This document shows positions 42,383-52,416 of a DNA stretch of 64,000 bases, in pieces. The notes under the pieces are model-generated. The model was not told the DNA's origin, searched no databases, and saw only the letters and a list, made by a program, of their open reading frames with translations. Source of the DNA: a virus; the IMG/VR virus record IMGVR_UViG_3300035670_000079, positions 1-64,000 of that record; one strand, written 5' to 3'. The translations under genes and the position numbers were made by a program. Positions within the stretch are counted from its first letter, which is position 1; each line of letters opens with the position of its first letter.

Positions 42383-42978
42383 TGGCTAAGAAAAAACCAT
42401 TAGAACTTATGTTAATGTCTGACGCCGAGTTAGATGCTTACATAGAGGATCTCGGAAAGTCTGAGGAGCGACTGGCAACTGCCATGCTTATCAGGGATTG
42501 TCCGGCATACGCTAATCTGATAAAGCGAATTGCTGCACATGCCTGTAAACTCAGCAGCACGGTCAAAGAGGCATCTGCGTTGTCCTTTACCGATGGTGAT
42601 GAAGTAGCTGCTAATAAAGAGCGTTTAATTGAGAATATCCGTAGACTTAAGGCCAAGATAGATTCTCTGCCTAATAACGAACATGGGGCGAAGTTAAAGC
42701 TATTCTATGGAGAAGGTCTTAAGAAGGCTGAAGTAGAGTTGCTTGGTTGTAATATGACTCCGAAGATGCGTAAGCTGACAGATGAGTTTGGTAAGCTTAA
42801 GCAAGACTTGCAAGTGATGCTTACGCAGTGGAACAATACACCTGAGTTGCAGTCACACGATATTTTCCAGTATTTCCCGGTATTGGTGACAATATTTAAT
42901 TGCACCACAGTGTCTAGTTTACCTGCGGATGCTAGTGATGACTTTTCTGAAGCGGAGACTTCAAATGTCGGGCAGTGA
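42382..42978 (+). CDS. hypothetical protein
   Basis: Track ORF with a TAATG overlap with the upstream gene. Confidence 0.55.
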   Translation: MAKKKPLELMLMSDAELDAYIEDLGKSEERLATAMLIRDCPAYANLIKRIAAHACKLSSTVKEASALSFTDGDEVAANKERLIENIRRLKAKIDSLPNNEHGAKLKLFYGEGLKKAEVELLGCNMTPKMRKLTDEFGKLKQDLQVMLTQWNNTPELQSHDIFQYFPVLVTIFNCTTVSSLPADASDDFSEAETSNVGQ

Positions 42979-43612
42979 GGACATGGAACTTTGGGTACAT
43001 CCGTCTACGCTGGTGTTCGATCCCAATAATAGGAATAGACATACTCCCAGCGATTTGGAGGTTACGCGGCGTCTTCTGGAGAAGTTCGGCCAGATTGAGC
43101 CGCTGATTGTTCGCAAATCTAATAATATGGTAATCTCCGGTAATGGTCGTCTTAAGATTATCCTTGAGCAGCTTAAGTGGGATAAAGTTTGGATTAAGTA
43201 CTTGGATTGTACTGATACAGAGTTCCAAGCTCTTAGTATTGCCATAAACCAGTCTGGCAGAAACAGTGAGCTGGATTACGACAGTATCACTGGATTCTTG
43301 GTTAACCTGCGAGACAGTGATCCAGAAATGCTGGGCTTAGTTGGTTTTTCGCAGGATTACATTAACGAGAATATCCTAGCTCTCAACGTAGCAGCAGAGT
43401 TGCCAGAAGATGCAGGTGAAGTAGCCCCTCCGCCACCGCCACCTAAGGCTAGGTCACGTGGCATGACTGTTGGGTTTAGTGATAGTAATAGGGACTTGCT
43501 GGAAAACTGCTTCTCTTTGGTCAGGGATAAGTGGAATGATCACGGCCTTACGCCGAGCGAGTGTATTCTGAAAATCCTCAATGAGTACTGGAAAAATAAT
43601 GGCGGTACGTAG
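42965..43612 (+). CDS. ParB N-terminal-domain (ParB/Srx-like nuclease) protein
   Basis: Motif LVFDPNNRNRHT...FGQIEPLIV....VISGNGRL. ATG 42965 is in frame with track ORF 42929..43612. Confidence 0.7.
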   Translation: MSGSEDMELWVHPSTLVFDPNNRNRHTPSDLEVTRRLLEKFGQIEPLIVRKSNNMVISGNGRLKIILEQLKWDKVWIKYLDCTDTEFQALSIAINQSGRNSELDYDSITGFLVNLRDSDPEMLGLVGFSQDYINENILALNVAAELPEDAGEVAPPPPPPKARSRGMTVGFSDSNRDLLENCFSLVRDKWNDHGLTPSECILKILNEYWKNNGGT

Positions 43613-43991
43613 ATTTATTTGCCTTACGATTCCTGTAGCATTTTGGCACGCTGAACCTATAGAGCCGTTAGTACCTGAGGGCGAGTTATCTCCCCACAGT
43701 CATTATCATAACGGTAGACTCACACTTAAGTTCGCGGTCCCGGAAGGCGCAGATAGTCGCGAGGTCATCTCCGTAAATGCTGTATACTCTGAGGTTATCC
43801 GACAACTTAGAGATGCAAGTCTTGCAGGTGCGTCTGAGCAGGACTTTGATTTTGGCTATGCGACTGTTCCAGAAATTGGTGAGATTATCTGGCAAATACT
43901 CAAATCAAAGTACTTTCATATATTACATACACTTGAGTTTACAGATGGTGTTATGCTAAATACTATAGTTACTTGTGATGATATTATTTGA
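43599..43991 (+). CDS. hypothetical protein
   Basis: Track ORF 43581..43991. ATG 43599 overlaps the end of the upstream gene. Confidence 0.5.
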   Translation: MAVRRFICLTIPVAFWHAEPIEPLVPEGELSPHSHYHNGRLTLKFAVPEGADSREVISVNAVYSEVIRQLRDASLAGASEQDFDFGYATVPEIGEIIWQILKSKYFHILHTLEFTDGVMLNTIVTCDDII

Positions 43992-43998
43992 TTTCATC

Positions 43999-44026
43999 TT
44001 GACTTTTACACAATCTGATGTACAAT
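43999..44026 (+). promoter_or_regulatory. sigma70-type promoter TTGACT-N16-TACAAT
   Basis: Sequence is ttgact tttacacaatctgatg tacaat. The -10 overlaps the 5' arm of the adjacent terminator stem. Confidence 0.5.
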
Positions 44027-44063
44027 GGCCAGTGACGCTAATGTGTCACTGGCCATTTTTTTT
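44024..44063 (+). terminator. rho-independent terminator
   Basis: 13-bp stem aatggccagtgac/gtcactggccatt with an 8-nt loop, followed by a T run. Confidence 0.85.
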
Positions 44064-44072
44064 GGAGTAACT

Positions 44073-44480
44073 ATGCGTACATTAATTTTAGTGATAATCA
44101 TACTGCTATGCACTCCAGTTAGTGCGGATACGTTTAAGCTATCCAATATAACAGTAGTGGATGGTGATACCGTTAGAGCGGATATTCATTTACCGTTTCA
44201 GATAACTCTCACTAATAAAAGTATACGTCTTAAGGATATTGATGCTCCGGAGGTGACTCAGCGCAGAAAATCTGTAACAGTAACAGCAGAAGAAATAGAA
44301 CGAGGTAAGGCGGCTAAGGCCTATTTGCAGACACTGCTAAAGAATGGCGCATTGCTGGAGATAGGTCATAGCGGTTACTCAGATAAGTACGGCAGGGTAA
44401 GCGGAAAGTTGTTAATACTGGAGAAGGGTAGTAGGGTATCTGTGGCGGTCCCAATGAAGGCTGCGGGGTACTCGCGGTAA
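44073..44480 (+). CDS. secreted staphylococcal-nuclease (SNase/thermonuclease)-like nuclease
   Basis: Signal peptide MRTLILVIIILLCTPVSA. Motifs VVDGDTV, IRLKDIDAPE and DKYGRVSG. Confidence 0.75.
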   Translation: MRTLILVIIILLCTPVSADTFKLSNITVVDGDTVRADIHLPFQITLTNKSIRLKDIDAPEVTQRRKSVTVTAEEIERGKAAKAYLQTLLKNGALLEIGHSGYSDKYGRVSGKLLILEKGSRVSVAVPMKAAGYSR

Positions 44481-44481
44481 C

Positions 44482-44496
44482 TTGCAAGACTTGCAA
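44482..44496. promoter_or_regulatory. intergenic copy of the dispersed palindrome TTGCAAG-A-CTTGCAA
   Basis: The context is taaC|TTGCAAGACTTGCAAgcggagatttggaATG, between the stop and the SD of the TerS-like gene. Confidence 0.6.
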
Positions 44497-44509
44497 GCGG
44501 AGATTTGGA

Positions 44510-45364
44510 ATGGCGTCTTCGGGTTTTGGTCCAACTCATCCATCTAATACCAGTACGGCTGACATACTCGGCGACGTACAGTCACTCGGTATAGTGGCAG
44601 CGTCGGTTAGTGCCGGCTCTGCCCCTTCGACGCCAGCCACTCCTGATTTTGGGGAGATGACTGATAAAGAGTTTGAAGAGATGCTTACGCTTGATCGTAG
44701 GAAAAAGACTGCCTACGATCTTTACTCTAAGCAAGTTCCTGTCAATACAATCGCCAAGCACTTTAGAGTTGCCTCATCGACAGTCTACAACTGGATTAAA
44801 GACTATCGTGATAGTGTTACTACTAGGTACACAAGCAGGACTCGTTCTGATTTACTCTTAGATAGCATAAGTTTTCTTGAACTTATTCGAGATGGCGCGA
44901 TGATGGAAGTTCATAATGTTGACCTCCGGGTAGCTTCTGCCGCCGCCGGTACTGGTAAATCTCTTGAAGGTCGCGCTAAGCTTGCGGAGCTGGCTACTAA
45001 GCGTAAGTTCATGGAATTAGCCGTAGACGCAAATACGCATATATTCACCGAATTGCTCAAAACTGGCGTACTGCCGAACGCCGTTAAAGAAATGCATTGT
45101 TCGTTTGAGGCTACTCGTCCAGTGGTCGCAGATTCGCGCGATGTTAAGGCCGTCAAGAGCCGGGAAGAACTTGAGGCATCTATTTTGGACTTGTTGAGAT
45201 GTGGACGAACTATTGATATCAAAGATGAGGCAGAAGAGGAGGTTCCGGATGGTAAGTACGGTAAACGACTTGGGGAAGATGCTGGAGACAGCATCGGAAC
45301 AGGAACTTGTGCGGGCGCAGAAGCTTCTGGAGATACGCAACAACCGAGTCCTGTTTGCAACTAA
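44510..45364 (+). CDS. terminase small subunit-like HTH protein
   Basis: HTH VNTIAKHFRVASSTVYNWIKDY. It lies immediately upstream of TerL and overlaps it. Confidence 0.55.
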   Translation: MASSGFGPTHPSNTSTADILGDVQSLGIVAASVSAGSAPSTPATPDFGEMTDKEFEEMLTLDRRKKTAYDLYSKQVPVNTIAKHFRVASSTVYNWIKDYRDSVTTRYTSRTRSDLLLDSISFLELIRDGAMMEVHNVDLRVASAAAGTGKSLEGRAKLAELATKRKFMELAVDANTHIFTELLKTGVLPNAVKEMHCSFEATRPVVADSRDVKAVKSREELEASILDLLRCGRTIDIKDEAEEEVPDGKYGKRLGEDAGDSIGTGTCAGAEASGDTQQPSPVCN

Positions 45365-46952
45365 GGCACACATAAATAGTCGTGGTGAACCCCTAAACTT
45401 TGTGGATTATCCGCATATTCGAGAACTATATAATTCTGCTGCGCCTCACATAATTCTTAAGGGGTCTGTGCAGTGCTTTAAGAGTGAGTTTATCATTGTA
45501 GACCATTTTGCTGCCGCTGTAGCGGGCTTATCAATATTCTTTGTGCTCCCTAAAGTGGAATCACGCAGTACCTATGTTCAAAACCGGATTAATCGAACAG
45601 TTGAGAATGTAGATGCCTATAAGACAATTATCGGAGAAAGTTTCTTTGACAGTGTTATCCTTAAGAGTTTCGGCAAGGGCGTTATTAAATATGTGGGTTC
45701 TAATAGTATAGCGGACTTCCGAGAGTTCCCGGCTGATATGCTGATAGTGGATGAATATGACGAATGTAACATGGATAATATTGCGTATGCGTCTGACCGG
45801 TTACGCGGATCACCTTACCAGTTTTCTAGGCTAATAGCTAACCCTAGTATAGTTGATGGCGGCATAAGTCAACTTTATAAGGATTCATCTCAAAAGGCTT
45901 GGCATGTGCCGTGCTATGCTTGCGGTAAGTACTCTGAAGTAGACTGGTTCAAAACAGTCGTCCGAGAAGTACGCGACGGCGGTAATAACATCATAGACTA
46001 TGCGTTAAGGGATACTGAGTGGGAACCCGGCATGCGCCGGGATATTTATTTAATCTGTCCACATTGTAATGGCGCAATGCTTAGGCATAGTAAGAAGGGT
46101 AAGTGGGTTCCGAAGGTGCCAGATCACCCCATAGAAGGGTATCACTTATCTATGCTCACTAGTTTGCTTAATAGAGTCTCCGACATGTACCGGAGATTTA
46201 AAGTTGCACAACATGATCCTTCAGCTTTGCAGCATTTTTACTCATCTGAATTGGGTCTAACCTATGCAACCTCTGACAATAAAATTACGCTGGATCTTTT
46301 GAGAAGTTGTACGCAGGGTGGGTATAATTTTGAGATTCAGGATAGCTATGCGTCTATTCCCGGAGATGCCTGTGTTGGACCATGCTCTATGGGAATAGAT
46401 GTTGGAAAGTCGCTTGATGTTAGGATTAGTCGTAAGCTACAGAATGGCAAGCGATTGGCCGTATTCATTGGAAAGGTCTTCGGACAGAGTAACGTGCTGG
46501 AGTTGATTGAACGATATAATGTACAAGCTGTCGTAATGGATGCTGGACCCGAACTGGCCTTTGCTCGTGAGACGCAGGAGATAGTTCAAAATGAACTCGG
46601 ACTTGAAATGTGGTTATGCCGTTTTAAGGGTAATGATGGTACTCCCGGTAATATCACTCATAACGAAGTTAGTCGTACTATATCTATAGACCGCACAGAA
46701 GGTTTAGATAAAGTTCTCAGTGAGTTACGCAGAAAGCGTACAATTCTACCGGAGAACTTTGAAGCTATCTATCAGGGTGGTTATAAGGCCGAGATGTGTA
46801 CGCTGAATAGAATAGCAGAGGAGGATGCTAAAGGTCGTAAGAAATATAGGTGGGTCGGAAAGGATGCCGACCATTCTATGTTCGCTGATCTTTATGACAT
46901 CTTAGCGTCAAGTTTTATAGACTCTACTCCGATCGAAGCCATAGTCGGCTAG
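45279..46952 (+). CDS. terminase large subunit (GpA-like)
   Basis: Walker-A-like LKGSVQCFKSE, Walker B MLIVDEYDE, and Cys pairs CYACG..CPHCNG. It is followed by the portal. The start is uncertain (ATG 45279, GTG 45309 or track 45201). Confidence 0.8.
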   Translation: MLETASEQELVRAQKLLEIRNNRVLFATKAHINSRGEPLNFVDYPHIRELYNSAAPHIILKGSVQCFKSEFIIVDHFAAAVAGLSIFFVLPKVESRSTYVQNRINRTVENVDAYKTIIGESFFDSVILKSFGKGVIKYVGSNSIADFREFPADMLIVDEYDECNMDNIAYASDRLRGSPYQFSRLIANPSIVDGGISQLYKDSSQKAWHVPCYACGKYSEVDWFKTVVREVRDGGNNIIDYALRDTEWEPGMRRDIYLICPHCNGAMLRHSKKGKWVPKVPDHPIEGYHLSMLTSLLNRVSDMYRRFKVAQHDPSALQHFYSSELGLTYATSDNKITLDLLRSCTQGGYNFEIQDSYASIPGDACVGPCSMGIDVGKSLDVRISRKLQNGKRLAVFIGKVFGQSNVLELIERYNVQAVVMDAGPELAFARETQEIVQNELGLEMWLCRFKGNDGTPGNITHNEVSRTISIDRTEGLDKVLSELRRKRTILPENFEAIYQGGYKAEMCTLNRIAEEDAKGRKKYRWVGKDADHSMFADLYDILASSFIDSTPIEAIVG

Positions 46953-46967
46953 TTGCAAGACTTGCAA
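46953..46967. promoter_or_regulatory. intergenic copy of the dispersed palindrome TTGCAAG-A-CTTGCAA
   Basis: The context is tag|TTGCAAGACTTGCAAggggtgatcATG, between the TerL stop and the portal SD. Confidence 0.6.
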
Positions 46968-46976
46968 GGGGTGATC

Positions 46977-48689
46977 ATGCCGTCCGCCGTAGATACACTT
47001 GAGTTTACCGAAGACTCCGATGAAGTCGTTGAGATTACTGAAGCCTTCATCGTTGGGGACGGTGATGCTGAGACCATTACAACTGATCCCTTAACGTCCT
47101 TTATAGCAAGTCTTCAAAAGTCTGCAAAATCTACATCGCCTGAGGGTACGTTTGACGTACTTAAAAGCGTCGTAGGTAGTCAGCAGATATTGGAATTGCC
47201 GGCAGGTATCACGGAGAAAGTGGTACCTCCGCCATATAATCCGGCTATACCTTTGTTTTTTCTGCAAATGGACGAAGTAGTTCATAGAGCCGTAATGGCA
47301 AAGGCCTACGATTCCGTAGGTGTTAAATTTAACCTAGTGCATAGGAAAGCACCCGATGGTCAACCTACAAAGAATGAACGTAAGGTTAAAGCTGAGTTAG
47401 AGGAAATACGGACCTTTATAGAGAATTGCAACGAAGCGTTTGGCTTTACCGGCGTACTCACCAAAACCTGTATGGACATGGAAGCTGTAGGTTGGGGTGC
47501 CATTGAAGTTATCCGTGGCGCGGATATGAAGATAAAGAAAATTGATCACGTACCGGCTCAGCGTATACAGGTAGCTCGTGGTTGGGAGTATTTTGTAGAA
47601 TCATTTGCCGGAGAGGTTCGATACTATCAACCGTTCGGTAGGAAAGTTGTAAGTAAGACTAGACGCCAACTTGATGGCAAGCCCGCAAGCTTTGATCCAC
47701 GATTAGACGGCGGACCTCCTACTGCTGTAAATGCGCAGTTTAACCTTATTGACGCAACTACCGGTCAAGGCACTGAAAACTTCTTAAAATCCGCTAATGA
47801 AATTTTATGGTTTACTAAGCATCACCCTGCCACCGTGTACTACGGAGTTTCCGATAGCGTACCGGCCAGATCGCAGATACTCGGCAACATTCATATTAGA
47901 GAGTATCTATTGCAGTTCTTTGAGCACAATACTGTACCTCGTTACGCTATTATCGTTAAAGGTGCCAATCTGTCTCCGGAGGTTAGAGACGCTATCTTAA
48001 GCTACTTCCAAACTAATATCAAAGGTAGAGCACATAAGACATTGTTTATACCTATTCCTAGTGTTAGGGGCAATATTGAAGTTAAGTTTGAAAAACTGGA
48101 TATGGGTACTGAGAATAGTTTCTTCAAAGATATCTCCTTGGAACTTGCCCATTCTATCGGACGCGCTCACGGTGTACCCTCGGCTATTTTAGGTTTTAGT
48201 GAAGCGGCTTCGCTTGGTTCTGGTAAAGGCACTGCTCAGAACCAGATGTACAAAGATAGGGTCATTACACCACTTCAGGAGAAATTCAGTACAGCTATTA
48301 ATGCCATGTTTTCTAAGGGTTTAGGTGTATCCAATGTAGATATTATATTTAATCCCCTCGATATTCGTGATAGGGAAGCTGAGGCTCGGCTGTACGGACA
48401 ATTATTTGATAGGGGTAGTGTGACTATTAATCAAGTTATTGAAGCTTTTCAACTGGGTAAGCCTATTGAAGGTGGTGACAGGGCATTCATTAAGTTTGGC
48501 AATAAGATTGTATTTATTGATGAGTTGCCCGGTATGGAGTCCGGAGATATCGGAGAAGATGAACCTCCGGCAGGTGATAATGGTGCTCCCGGAGTGCCTA
48601 AGACGCCTGATGGTAATAGTAAGACTAAGAAAGGTCCGGAGAATACTCCAGATAATATGATAGAGTCTCAATTATCTGGAAAAAACTAA
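46977..48689 (+). CDS. portal protein
   Basis: A ~570-aa ORF directly after TerL and before the protease/scaffold and capsid genes. The acidic/Pro-rich C-terminus is typical of portals. The call is positional. Confidence 0.7.
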   Translation: MPSAVDTLEFTEDSDEVVEITEAFIVGDGDAETITTDPLTSFIASLQKSAKSTSPEGTFDVLKSVVGSQQILELPAGITEKVVPPPYNPAIPLFFLQMDEVVHRAVMAKAYDSVGVKFNLVHRKAPDGQPTKNERKVKAELEEIRTFIENCNEAFGFTGVLTKTCMDMEAVGWGAIEVIRGADMKIKKIDHVPAQRIQVARGWEYFVESFAGEVRYYQPFGRKVVSKTRRQLDGKPASFDPRLDGGPPTAVNAQFNLIDATTGQGTENFLKSANEILWFTKHHPATVYYGVSDSVPARSQILGNIHIREYLLQFFEHNTVPRYAIIVKGANLSPEVRDAILSYFQTNIKGRAHKTLFIPIPSVRGNIEVKFEKLDMGTENSFFKDISLELAHSIGRAHGVPSAILGFSEAASLGSGKGTAQNQMYKDRVITPLQEKFSTAINAMFSKGLGVSNVDIIFNPLDIRDREAEARLYGQLFDRGSVTINQVIEAFQLGKPIEGGDRAFIKFGNKIVFIDELPGMESGDIGEDEPPAGDNGAPGVPKTPDGNSKTKKGPENTPDNMIESQLSGKN

Positions 48690-48766
48690 AAATTAATTTA
48701 TGATTATTCATATTGCAAGTTAACGAATATCTGTTAAAATTAACACATCCACGAGGTACACCGATT

Positions 48767-50176
48767 ATGCCCGACGTTGTAGTTGCAGTTAGCCCTGGAA
48801 ATTCTGTCATTTATGACAATACGGCAGATCGTATTGTCATAGAAGGCACTCCGGATATGACCTCAACCCTCAATATTAAGGGTTTTGTGTCGGTAGATAT
48901 TGTAGACCGTCAGGGTGAGAAAGTAGACCCCTCTGCATTCGACATTGATGGGTTTATGAGGGCTGGCTCTGTTCTGGTCAATCATCACCTCTGGTTTGAT
49001 GATAGGGGTTGTCCAGGTTCCGTAGGTACCGTAACTTCTCTTCATGAAGTAGAGTTACGGGAACTTGATGCAGAAAACTGGGAAGTCTACGACGTGCGTA
49101 AGAATGTGCGTGTAGATACTTATCCCAAATCTCGCAATGGTAACTTCTATAAAGGCTTAAAGGGTCTTTATACATTTATACGTCTTTCTAATCCTGATGT
49201 TATAAGTATGGTTAATAAGGGAGAGTTGAAGTCATTCTCATGGCGCGGCGATTCGATACGTGACTACAGATATGACCGCGCTACAAACTCTACATACCCC
49301 AGTTACTCTAAAATAGGTATTTGGGAAATATCCTTAGTATCGGTACCGGTGCAACCAGACTCCGGTTTCGTGGTTTCAAAGGATATGTTCCACTCAATGT
49401 GGTTAGATAAGAGTCGGTATAACTTGAATCAGGCAAGAGCACTGGCAGATAAATTTAGACTGCCTTGTGATAAAATATACGAAACTGATGACGGTATCTG
49501 CATTTATTCAGGTAATGCTACATTGGCTACCAAGTCGCTATCTACGTTCGAGGCGTTTTCAGGAGCCTGTATAGTAACTGCAAGTACTTGCAACTTGGCG
49601 ACTACCTCGCAGGCTAAGTTCGATATTTCAAAAGATGCCCTAACTCGATTTCATTCCAGTTTGATGAGGACGACTCAAATGAGTGAACAGGCTCCTGCTA
49701 CGGGTAATGCTACTCCGGTGGCGCCGGTTGCAAAGTTTACCCCCGAAGAACTCTCTGTTGTGACTAAGGGTGTCGTGGATGCGCTCATCCCGGCATTCTC
49801 TGAAACCATCACAAAGTTGACTGACAGCCTTACCAGTACGCTCACCACTGGTATGACCGGTCTGACTGAGGTGGTTAAGGGTATGCAACCCAAGACGCCC
49901 GAACCTGCGGCTAAGGCACCTGAAGTTGCTGCCGAAGGTGCTCAGAAGCTTGTGGATAGCGTTAAGAGTCTTATTGAAGAGCATCAGAGGGCTGTTGATG
50001 CTAAGTTGGCTGATATTCAAAAGTCCTTTACTACGATTATTCCGCAGAGTAAGCCGCGTGGTGACTCTACGGAACCGGGGAAGACGCCCGCTGACGGCAA
50101 TACCGGCAATAATGGAGGTACTCCGGATAAGAACTCCGTGTTTAATTCTATTTTCTTGCAGATGGCTCGGCGCTAA
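48767..50176 (+). CDS. prohead protease/scaffold-like protein
   Basis: It lies between the portal and capsid genes. The C-terminal third is Ala/Glu/Lys-rich and helical, as in scaffolds. I recognised no catalytic motif. Confidence 0.45.
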   Translation: MPDVVVAVSPGNSVIYDNTADRIVIEGTPDMTSTLNIKGFVSVDIVDRQGEKVDPSAFDIDGFMRAGSVLVNHHLWFDDRGCPGSVGTVTSLHEVELRELDAENWEVYDVRKNVRVDTYPKSRNGNFYKGLKGLYTFIRLSNPDVISMVNKGELKSFSWRGDSIRDYRYDRATNSTYPSYSKIGIWEISLVSVPVQPDSGFVVSKDMFHSMWLDKSRYNLNQARALADKFRLPCDKIYETDDGICIYSGNATLATKSLSTFEAFSGACIVTASTCNLATTSQAKFDISKDALTRFHSSLMRTTQMSEQAPATGNATPVAPVAKFTPEELSVVTKGVVDALIPAFSETITKLTDSLTSTLTTGMTGLTEVVKGMQPKTPEPAAKAPEVAAEGAQKLVDSVKSLIEEHQRAVDAKLADIQKSFTTIIPQSKPRGDSTEPGKTPADGNTGNNGGTPDKNSVFNSIFLQMARR

Positions 50177-50232
50177 CTGCGGGATGTATCTAGGTTAAGT
50201 GGCGTCTTCACAGTTCAATTGAGGGTTTCCCA

Positions 50233-51261
50233 ATGTCGTACCAGATTTCTCAGGCCTTAAACGGCCTCTTCACTCAGGAACAGGTTGATGCACTGAAGGG
50301 TGTTATCGACCAGAATACGCTGCCGAATAGTGTATTGAACCGGCAGCAGTCAAATGCCTTTATTGATATGCTTGTTGATGAGACGGTGCTCATCAAGAAT
50401 ATTCGTAGGTCTGTTGTCAGTGCTCCTAAGGGCGAGATCAATAAGCTGGATATCGGTGTTATCGTTACAGAGGGCGCGCATGCTACTAGTGGTGCCACAG
50501 TTCGCGGTGTCACTGAAGATGCTGTGTCCTACGATACCGTGAAGTATCGTAGTGCCTTCGATATTCGGCAGGACTTCCTTGAGGATAATCTGGAAGGTCC
50601 GGCCGTCCGTGATAAGATTCTGCGTATGTTTACTAAGCGTATCGCCATCGACAGCGAACTGGCTGCTATTCGTAGCGACGATACGCTGACCGTGGGTGAC
50701 AGTCAGAGCGATGAGAATAACCTGTATGGTGTTAACGTCGGCTTCAATAAGATTTTGCTGGACGAAGTTCCGGCTGGCCAGATTCTTGCGGCTGAGGGTG
50801 CGGCCCCGTCGCATAAGTTGTATTATGATATGAAGCGGCTGATTCCGTCGCGCTACCGTGCGGCTGCGCCAAATTACACTTGGGTTATGCCGTCTGGTCC
50901 TCACGATAAGTGGCAGTATGATATGTCACTGCGTGAGACTAATTACGGTGACTCAGCTATCATGGGAGTGCCCGTTAAAGGTCCGATGGGTTATCCCATG
51001 CTTCAGGTTCCTCTTATGCCTGAAGATATGACTTATACTGGCGGAAGTGGTGGCAGCACTGGTTCAATGATCTGGCTGACCCCGCTCGATAATCTGATCT
51101 TCTTTATTCAGCGTGAAATTACTATTGAATTTGAGCGTAAGCCCCGGCTGGACCTGTGGGAAGCTACTATCCACTGGCGTGGTGACTTCGAGGTTGAAAA
51201 TCCGGATCTTTGTGTGATTGCACACGAAGTGGATATGAGCGGGTCCGACTACGCCGGCTAA
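50233..51261 (+). CDS. major capsid protein
   Basis: A 342-aa ORF after the protease/scaffold gene, followed by a strong hairpin. The call rests on position and size. Confidence 0.65.
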   Translation: MSYQISQALNGLFTQEQVDALKGVIDQNTLPNSVLNRQQSNAFIDMLVDETVLIKNIRRSVVSAPKGEINKLDIGVIVTEGAHATSGATVRGVTEDAVSYDTVKYRSAFDIRQDFLEDNLEGPAVRDKILRMFTKRIAIDSELAAIRSDDTLTVGDSQSDENNLYGVNVGFNKILLDEVPAGQILAAEGAAPSHKLYYDMKRLIPSRYRAAAPNYTWVMPSGPHDKWQYDMSLRETNYGDSAIMGVPVKGPMGYPMLQVPLMPEDMTYTGGSGGSTGSMIWLTPLDNLIFFIQREITIEFERKPRLDLWEATIHWRGDFEVENPDLCVIAHEVDMSGSDYAG

Positions 51262-51272
51262 GGTGTAATATT

Positions 51273-51314
51273 GCAAACAGGCTAATCAGGGGGAATACTG
51301 GTTAGCCTGTTTGC
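51273..51314 (+). terminator. stable hairpin after the capsid gene (terminator or mRNA stabiliser)
   Basis: 13-bp stem gcaaacaggctaa/ttagcctgtttgc with a 16-nt loop. No clear T tract follows. Confidence 0.5.
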
Positions 51315-51370
51315 GAGTTTGGGGCAAACAAATTAATTTGCACCAAAACCAGCATGTCGGAGCATTAAAT

Positions 51371-51691
51371 ATGTGGCTTCTCGCAGAGAGTGAGGTCATA
51401 CCAAACGCTATTTTTGATATAATAAATACTGGGTTTTTGGCGTGGTACGCATGGTATACTACGGTAAAACTCATTCCAAGTATAATTAAAGATAACCAAA
51501 TTGCCACTAAAGAGCTTATGGCAAGATATGATGCACAAGTTGCTGAGATAACAGAATCATCAGAACTCCGATCAGCCGAAGCTGCAAGTATACTGGAAGA
51601 GGAGCGTAAAAAGCTCACATCGCTTGTCAGTTCATTTGAGAGTCTAAGTGACTCGTTTGAAAAGTTAGCTAAATCGTATTATGATAAGTAA
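51371..51691 (+). CDS. hypothetical membrane-associated protein
   Basis: ATG 51371 is in frame with track ORF 51311..51691. The N-terminus is hydrophobic and the C-terminal half is coiled. Confidence 0.5.
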   Translation: MWLLAESEVIPNAIFDIINTGFLAWYAWYTTVKLIPSIIKDNQIATKELMARYDAQVAEITESSELRSAEAASILEEERKKLTSLVSSFESLSDSFEKLAKSYYDK

Positions 51692-51711
51692 GGCAGGCTA
51701 TGTCCTGCCTT
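51690..51711 (+). terminator. small hairpin aaggcagg-ctatgt-cctgcctt
   Basis: An 8-bp stem right at the stop codon with only a weak T tract. Confidence 0.35.
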
Positions 51712-51719
51712 CTGTCATG

Positions 51720-51735
51720 TTGCAAGCCCTTGCAA
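51720..51735. promoter_or_regulatory. intergenic copy of the dispersed palindrome TTGCAAG-CC-CTTGCAA
   Basis: It lies between the hairpin and the next start (GTG 51737 or ATG 51749). Confidence 0.55.
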
Positions 51736-51736
51736 A

Positions 51737-51946
51737 GTGGAACTAAAAATGGTCTCAATCGGCAATTCAAAGCATCCAGTTTGGCCATTCTTAGAACGCA
51801 TTCTAGGGCTGGCTGCTCTTGTAGCTATTCTGTATATTAATGCCAATAAGTTCGATGAGAGTGAGATTAAGGTAATATTACAGCAGTTGGTAGCTATGGT
51901 TGGGTTAGGTGCAATCGGTGCTAAGTTGGCAGGTAAATCCGAATGA
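51737..51946 (+). CDS. small two-TM membrane protein
   Basis: Hydrophobic segments WPFLERILGLAALVAILYI and LVAMVGLGAIGAKLAG. Confidence 0.5.
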   Translation: MELKMVSIGNSKHPVWPFLERILGLAALVAILYINANKFDESEIKVILQQLVAMVGLGAIGAKLAGKSE

Positions 51947-52416
51947 CTGATGCGGAGCTGCGTTCTGCAATATTGGCTAATCCTACTGTACTGCAACTAG
52001 TTAAAGACGGCGATGATTACGCTGCTGCCAGTGAGCTTTGCAATATACTACCAGCAGAGGTTAGAACAACTCGCGTTAATTATATGGACATATCTGTTGC
52101 CCCCGGTGCAGCTAATATTATTAGGAGGCTAATAGCTACAATTGATGCAGCCGCCTCAGTAGACCCCTTAGTTGCAGAGGCTCGGCACTGGTTGCGTAGT
52201 CCTACGGGGCTTGACGTAGGGCATCCGCTAACTCGGCAAATGCTGGATTTCTTTGGCGGGAGTAGCGAGTTACCTCTTACAGTTGAGGATGCAGCTACTA
52301 TTAAAGGTTTGGCTGAGTTTAAACCTAATATAACTTATCAGGATGTGGCTAGAGTAATGCGACAAAATCGAATTGGTGGTAAAGTTGGTGAAGCCAACTG
52401 GCAGGAGACACCGTAA
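51943..52416 (+). CDS. hypothetical protein (head module)
   Basis: Track ORF with an ATGA overlap with the upstream gene. Confidence 0.55.
   Translation: MTDAELRSAILANPTVLQLVKDGDDYAAASELCNILPAEVRTTRVNYMDISVAPGAANIIRRLIATIDAAASVDPLVAEARHWLRSPTGLDVGHPLTRQMLDFFGGSSELPLTVEDAATIKGLAEFKPNITYQDVARVMRQNRIGGKVGEANWQETP

Noticed and set aside
13967-51735. I considered the TTGCAAG-N-CTTGCAA palindrome as a sigma54 (-24 GG / -12 GC) promoter.
   Set aside because: The sigma54 consensus TGGCAC-N5-TTGC places the two GC dinucleotides 11 nt apart. Here they are 9-10 nt apart and the first element lacks GG. Most copies lie inside ORFs.
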